Of a stretch of DNA of 64,000 bases, positions 59,355 to 64,000 are shown in pieces (position 1 is the stretch's first letter; each line of letters begins with the position of its first letter). Both the position numbers and the translations under genes were made by a program. Source of the stretch: Perkinsela sp. CCAP 1560/9 (taxonomy: Eukaryota; Protista; Euglenozoa: Kinetoplastea). The notes under the pieces were generated by a model that ran no database searches, was not told the origin of the DNA, and saw only the letters and a list, made by a program, of their open reading frames with translations. The DNA is taken from the NCBI GenBank assembly GCA_965644495.1, contig CBFFSA010000006.1, positions 434,001 to 498,000 of the forward strand, read 5' to 3'.

Positions 59355-60947
59355 ATGAACTTCATACTACTTTGTTGTAACGCTTTTGCGTACGTCGAAA
59401 TACACTGCGTACACAGCCATGATTCGGTACTGCGACCAAGATGTTTTCCTCTAGCGTATAATCAAACGGATGAGTCGTGCGTTCCATGCTCATCGAATGA
59501 CAGTTGTGTAAGATATTTTCTTATGTGTGAAGCAGGGAGGTGTGTTCCTACGATACCAATGGCGCAATATGTGAGCAGTTCGTGGATGATTCTGATGCTC
59601 TTGCTTTTTTTGCTTTGCATAAGTTCTGAAATTCATAAATTTCCTTTGGAATATACCTCACTAGCATGCTTCTTATTTGTTGGTTATCCACTTTGTAATG
59701 CTGTCTCATTGATGTTGTGTCTTCTTTTGGGACGAGCTTCTTACGTACTTATCAATTTATGGAGAATCAACAGACAGTGTCTCCAAGATACAAAGCCCAT
59801 TCTTTCTTGGGATGTTGCCTTGCTTTTTTTACCAAGTCTTCTTTCATCGACTGCACTTGGTTGGTATCTTTCCCATGTATTGCCACATGGCATTCATTAT
59901 AGCTTCGTTGCTTTGGCCTCCCTCATTGTCAGCTGGAACCATTTGAAATCTGATTCGCGTCAAAGTATTAGTGATTACAATGCTACTACGTGCCATTACT
60001 CCGTCTACACGAATTATTCGCTGGAAGATGGAATCTCTAATAGTAGAAATAGTAATCAAACCACAGATACACAGGCAAGTGATGCAGAGCTAAGAACTCA
60101 CTGTAATAACGAATTATCGCATACGATACGCTTTTCACCCACCGCGGCACGAGCACCGAGTACGTGCATTTCACATCGCAAACATTTTTATAATAATTCA
60201 TCGGCGGAAGGAGAGAATCGGGGATTTCTTTTGGATGAAGGGATTCACCAAGAAATTCCTTGTTGTGAAAAGCATGACACACGGAGTCAAATTCCGTGTA
60301 TATGGGTGACTATGGGAGTTTACGGCGTCATATGCAGTGGATTCTTCTTTTTGACACTTTATCTTTCCCGCAAAGCACACTTGGTGACATGCGGGAGCTC
60401 AAAATACTGGAGCTTGACGTATTTGGGCTGGAATACATTGACAGTAATTTCTTTTCTTCTAGGAATGTGGTACTATCGAACTAGGCCGGCGAATTCGGGC
60501 TTGGTGTGGAATAGAAGCGCATGTTTCTACTATCCCACATTAGCTTCGTGTGTGGGAACCAACGTAATCTGTTTGGGCGTAGATCCCGGACGAATTGTTG
60601 ATCCCCTTCTTAGTGCAATGGGTTTTATGTTTGCCCCCAAAGGTACAGTTACCCTGTGCACTATCACTATTTTGAGTTTGAATCTCTGCTTCTTCATATT
60701 TAACGATGGTGCATCACCTACTCTAGCTATTTCCATTGTTCTCATTGGTTTTTGTGGGACTTGGTTACACAGAAAGCTTCCCCCAACAGCTTTTGTTGAA
60801 AGCATACAGCTTACTGTAACGCGAAAGTTAGGTTACATTTCTGTTATTGCCTCTTGCTTGTGGATCAGTCTAATGGGTATTTCTTTTGCAATTGAAGAGT
60901 GGCGTAAGAATTTTCTTTTTCAACTCCTACCTCTATGTGGACCTTAA
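59355..60947 (+). CDS. TauE/SafE (sulfite exporter)-like membrane protein, degenerate
   Basis: PILSWDVALLFLPSLLSSTALG and LGVDPGRIVDPLL resemble eukaryotic TauE motifs; multiple TMs; Cys-rich N-terminus. Confidence 0.55.
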   Translation: MNFILLCCNAFAYVEIHCVHSHDSVLRPRCFPLAYNQTDESCVPCSSNDSCVRYFLMCEAGRCVPTIPMAQYVSSSWMILMLLLFLLCISSEIHKFPLEYTSLACFLFVGYPLCNAVSLMLCLLLGRASYVLINLWRINRQCLQDTKPILSWDVALLFLPSLLSSTALGWYLSHVLPHGIHYSFVALASLIVSWNHLKSDSRQSISDYNATTCHYSVYTNYSLEDGISNSRNSNQTTDTQASDAELRTHCNNELSHTIRFSPTAARAPSTCISHRKHFYNNSSAEGENRGFLLDEGIHQEIPCCEKHDTRSQIPCIWVTMGVYGVICSGFFFLTLYLSRKAHLVTCGSSKYWSLTYLGWNTLTVISFLLGMWYYRTRPANSGLVWNRSACFYYPTLASCVGTNVICLGVDPGRIVDPLLSAMGFMFAPKGTVTLCTITILSLNLCFFIFNDGASPTLAISIVLIGFCGTWLHRKLPPTAFVESIQLTVTRKLGYISVIASCLWISLMGISFAIEEWRKNFLFQLLPLCGP

Positions 60948-61274
60948 ATGCAGATCAACGATCCTGCAAAGTGCTGCTTTCTGCCGGCATGTAATGAACG
61001 TCGCACACGAGTTCGATATGAAATATTCAACGCGTGTCCGTACATGTCCTTAGTAATGTGCTTTAAATGTGCATGTGTGAAAGTAAAAAGGAGACTAGCC
61101 TGAAGGTAAACATACATATGCCGTATACTCGGCGGTTTATATGCTCGACAAGACATGCCCAACGGGAACCGCCAAATTCAAGTTTTAAGACGCTCCGTAT
61201 TTAACTTAATTGTCTACTAGAATATGCTGTATTTCTTTGTTTATTTGTTGTTCTTTGTCTATTTGTTTCATTAA

Positions 61275-63005
61275 ATGGCAAGTTCAGTTAAGGCCATCGC
61301 ATCTGGAGTTCCCACTTTGCCCCATGACCCCACGCGACGTATTCTCAAGTATCTCCCACCTCCTCGGAGGCCTTGGCATCCATCAACGTTCCGCAGAGAA
61401 AATGTCACGCAAGAGCAGCTTCAAATTGAGTGGAGTAAAAGCCGAACCCGCCATGGACCAGGATACATCAACAGTGGGTATTCCACAGCGAAAGAGCATG
61501 TCTTTGATGATTACTCAACCCCTCCCACTCCGATACATGAACTTGTGAAATTCATGCCGGACATTCGTGTTCCAGGTCTGCACAGCACTCCAGAAAGTCT
61601 CATGCATGTTCGCAATGGACATCGTGTTACACATGATTTGATTCATTCGTACGACGGCTTTGTCTCTGGTCACAAAAAGTATGGTCCTAAAGGAGAGCGT
61701 GACCCTCAACTTATCGATCATGATAACATCAGTCCTATGGACGAAGGTTTTCACGGGATTCACCCCTCCGTTTTTGGATCACGCGCGCGCATTTACCGAT
61801 ATCTACGCCGTCCTCCATATTCAGAAGAGCGAATGTACTACCGACGTTACGTTGCACCGTTTCCGGCTCCCCCTTCTGAGCGTCGAATGCAGCAAGAAAT
61901 TATTCGCCTCTGTGACGAAGAAAAGAATCTTGAAGCTGCATGTGCGACTTATCGCCTTTTGGTCCATCGTCCAACTGCAGAGGTCGTGACGGCAATGTTG
62001 AAGTGTTGTGGGTACTGGGGGTTGCTTAGCGACGCGGCAGCACTTTATTTGGATGTGTCTGGCACAGATCGCAAGATGGCACGGGAGACCTCTGTCTTGA
62101 GTGCATATTTGGATGTTGCTCTTCAAGTTAATCACCCGCAGCATGTGCTTACTGTACTCGGCATAGTGCATGGAACAAAGACTGATAATTTTCGTTACCG
62201 AGAAGTTCCTAGTACCATCAAATACGAACTAGGACGTCGAGCTTTGGTATGGATGTTGACTAAGTCTTACCCACATGCTCGCACGGTCTACAAATGGCTT
62301 TACGATCAAAAACTATTGAACTACGACGTAGAAGAAGTCGCTGGAAACAAGATAGGCGAGTTACTAACCGAAGTTATGACGAGATCTGAAACCTCCGAGA
62401 GCGACAATGACTCAGTTGCAGAAAGTATAACTGACCTGCTCTCCGAAAATAATTTAGTTGTACAGCAAAAGATATCTCAGAAAATTCTTTTGCTTGTCAC
62501 ACAAATACACATGGAATATACATTTTGTCATGAGGGAACCTTCACTATCACATGGTTGGAGAGGGAATTCTTTCCTATCGATCTTCATGCCGTTGTTCGG
62601 CTATCACGTGATGTCGCTCGCGCGCAGCGATCTAATGCAACAGATATCGCTGTACACGAAGGGGAGGAAGTTTCAGATGTAGATATTGCATATTCAGTTC
62701 ACAAAATTCTACTGCTCCTCTCTCCTGATCTTCGTCGGCCTTCCCAAAGCAGTTTGCTTCCCTATCTACACAAATCGAAACCTTCTCGCCACAACCCGAA
62801 TGTACGAGTGGTACCCGCAGCGGAAGAGCTGCAACACCGTGGATTATTACCTTTCCAAGCCGGTTATTCCTTTTATCATGATAAGAATGGTGCGGTGCGA
62901 ACGGTAACAGAATCTTACCCAATACTTGATAGTACCAATGTGGCCCAAATGTATCACGGTCGTGACGCCGTGCAGAGATACGCGAAGCCGGAAACTTGGT
63001 TTTGA
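61275..63005 (+). CDS. PPR-like helical repeat protein, possibly mitochondrial (mitoribosome/RNA processing)
   Basis: PTAEVVTAMLKCCGYWGLLSDAAALY resembles a PPR; 576 aa ORF. Confidence 0.55.
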   Translation: MASSVKAIASGVPTLPHDPTRRILKYLPPPRRPWHPSTFRRENVTQEQLQIEWSKSRTRHGPGYINSGYSTAKEHVFDDYSTPPTPIHELVKFMPDIRVPGLHSTPESLMHVRNGHRVTHDLIHSYDGFVSGHKKYGPKGERDPQLIDHDNISPMDEGFHGIHPSVFGSRARIYRYLRRPPYSEERMYYRRYVAPFPAPPSERRMQQEIIRLCDEEKNLEAACATYRLLVHRPTAEVVTAMLKCCGYWGLLSDAAALYLDVSGTDRKMARETSVLSAYLDVALQVNHPQHVLTVLGIVHGTKTDNFRYREVPSTIKYELGRRALVWMLTKSYPHARTVYKWLYDQKLLNYDVEEVAGNKIGELLTEVMTRSETSESDNDSVAESITDLLSENNLVVQQKISQKILLLVTQIHMEYTFCHEGTFTITWLEREFFPIDLHAVVRLSRDVARAQRSNATDIAVHEGEEVSDVDIAYSVHKILLLLSPDLRRPSQSSLLPYLHKSKPSRHNPNVRVVPAAEELQHRGLLPFQAGYSFYHDKNGAVRTVTESYPILDSTNVAQMYHGRDAVQRYAKPETWF

Positions 63006-63346
63006 TTTCTTTTGAAATTTATTTGAGTGGAAAGGCATTTTCAGGGAAATACCGCTATAATATCAAACGAATACAGATTACAGGACAACGATTTTTTATT
63101 GCATTGCAGCTTATGAACGTTGTACAGAAAGCTTATGTACGTTGTACAGAAAGTGTTTTTAGGAAAAAACACAAGATTCATGTAAACATGCATAGTGGTC
63201 CGGCGACCCGCAACACATTGAACAGAAAATATACTTCGAAAGTAGTGTATACGAACCAAGTATCTTTCGCTTGTCCCGATTTTCTAGTTTCAGAGTGTGC
63301 ACATTATTGCGGACATGTATTAAGTTATGCCTAGCTTGTAAGAGAA

Positions 63347-64000
63347 ATGATTAATTATGTATTCAAAATATGGTCGCAAATAAGTGATAGTGAAGGGGCC
63401 GACCAGTTAACCGCAGACAAAGAACCTCTCACACTTGTGTTCGGCTCACAAACCGGAACTGCGGAATCTTACGTAGAAGTCTTGTGCAACGATGCAGACA
63501 CATTTGGTATTCCACATGAAAAAATTGATCCTGTACAATATGAGCCTAATCTGCTGCTGATGCGTTCCACCATAATATTTATTGTATCTACATATGGAGA
63601 AGGGCAACCTACAGATAATTTCTTCGAGTTGTTCGAACGTGTACGTATTCTAAAAGAAAAAGAATCCAACTCCCGGCTTCGTCACTTATCATATGCGATA
63701 TATGGAATTGGAGATTCAAATTATAGGCATTACAACCGAACAGCCAAAAATTTAGAATCATACCTCGAATCGTTGGGCGCGAAAGCGATTCTTCCATTGC
63801 GCCTTGGTGATACTCAGAATTCTTTAGAGGACGATTTTGAGGGCTGGAAATTTCGACTATGGGAAGTTTTATGCAACGTATACTGCGTCGTACCGCCGAA
63901 AAATTTTGAAGAAGTAAAGTTACCTAGTTTTTCTGTTGAACTTCAATACGAAGCTGCGGTTGCTGTTCGTCCTTTTCCGGCGATTCCCCGCTCGCTTGCA
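63347..64000 (+). CDS. NADPH-cytochrome P450 reductase-like diflavin reductase, FMN domain (3'-truncated; absent from ORF track)
   Basis: Own translation from ATG 63347: FGSQTGTAESY, VSTYGEGQPTDN, YAIYGIGDSNYRHYN. Confidence 0.9.
   Translation, partial: MINYVFKIWSQISDSEGADQLTADKEPLTLVFGSQTGTAESYVEVLCNDADTFGIPHEKIDPVQYEPNLLLMRSTIIFIVSTYGEGQPTDNFFELFERVRILKEKESNSRLRHLSYAIYGIGDSNYRHYNRTAKNLESYLESLGAKAILPLRLGDTQNSLEDDFEGWKFRLWEVLCNVYCVVPPKNFEEVKLPSFSVELQYEAAVAVRPFPAIPRSLA

Noticed and set aside
62996-63334. ORF in frame with the reductase, suggesting readthrough
   Set aside because: No TM or motif; ordinary spacer composition
1-64000. CRISPR arrays, transposases, retroelements, rRNA, tRNA, SL RNA
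   Set aside because: No repeat-spacer array, mobile-element ORF or diagnostic RNA motif seen by eye; divergent small RNAs could have been missed

Overview
Eukaryotic nuclear DNA, almost certainly from a kinetoplastid. About 39 intronless genes all lie on the + strand, mostly with 0.1-0.8 kb spacers, like one directional (polycistronic) gene cluster. Ran and eL43 resemble trypanosomatid orthologues. The compactness and protein divergence suggest a reduced Perkinsela-like lineage (inference, no search run). Recognisable genes include an RluA pseudouridine synthase, small Tim, Sec13, DPM1, phosphatidylserine synthase, Ran, PDK1, Maf1, eL43, USB1, PRORP, RPB7, PCID2, a DEDDh exonuclease, PCYT2, two PDIs, an ApaG protein, PRP8, two FKBP-TPR proteins and a truncated diflavin reductase. 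Main unexplained signals: (1) four sharp ~1 kb domains where the + strand flips from extremely C-rich to extremely G-rich inside genes, overriding codon choice; (2) an FKBP-TPR protein fused to three cold-shock domains; (3) a roughly nine-thioredoxin-fold giant PDI; (4) a structured ~350 nt non-coding island between AT-rich inverted flanks; (5) a PRP8 with a degenerate RNase H-like site. Identifications come from motif recognition only. Starts were moved to the first in-frame ATG where the ORF track used TTG/GTG.
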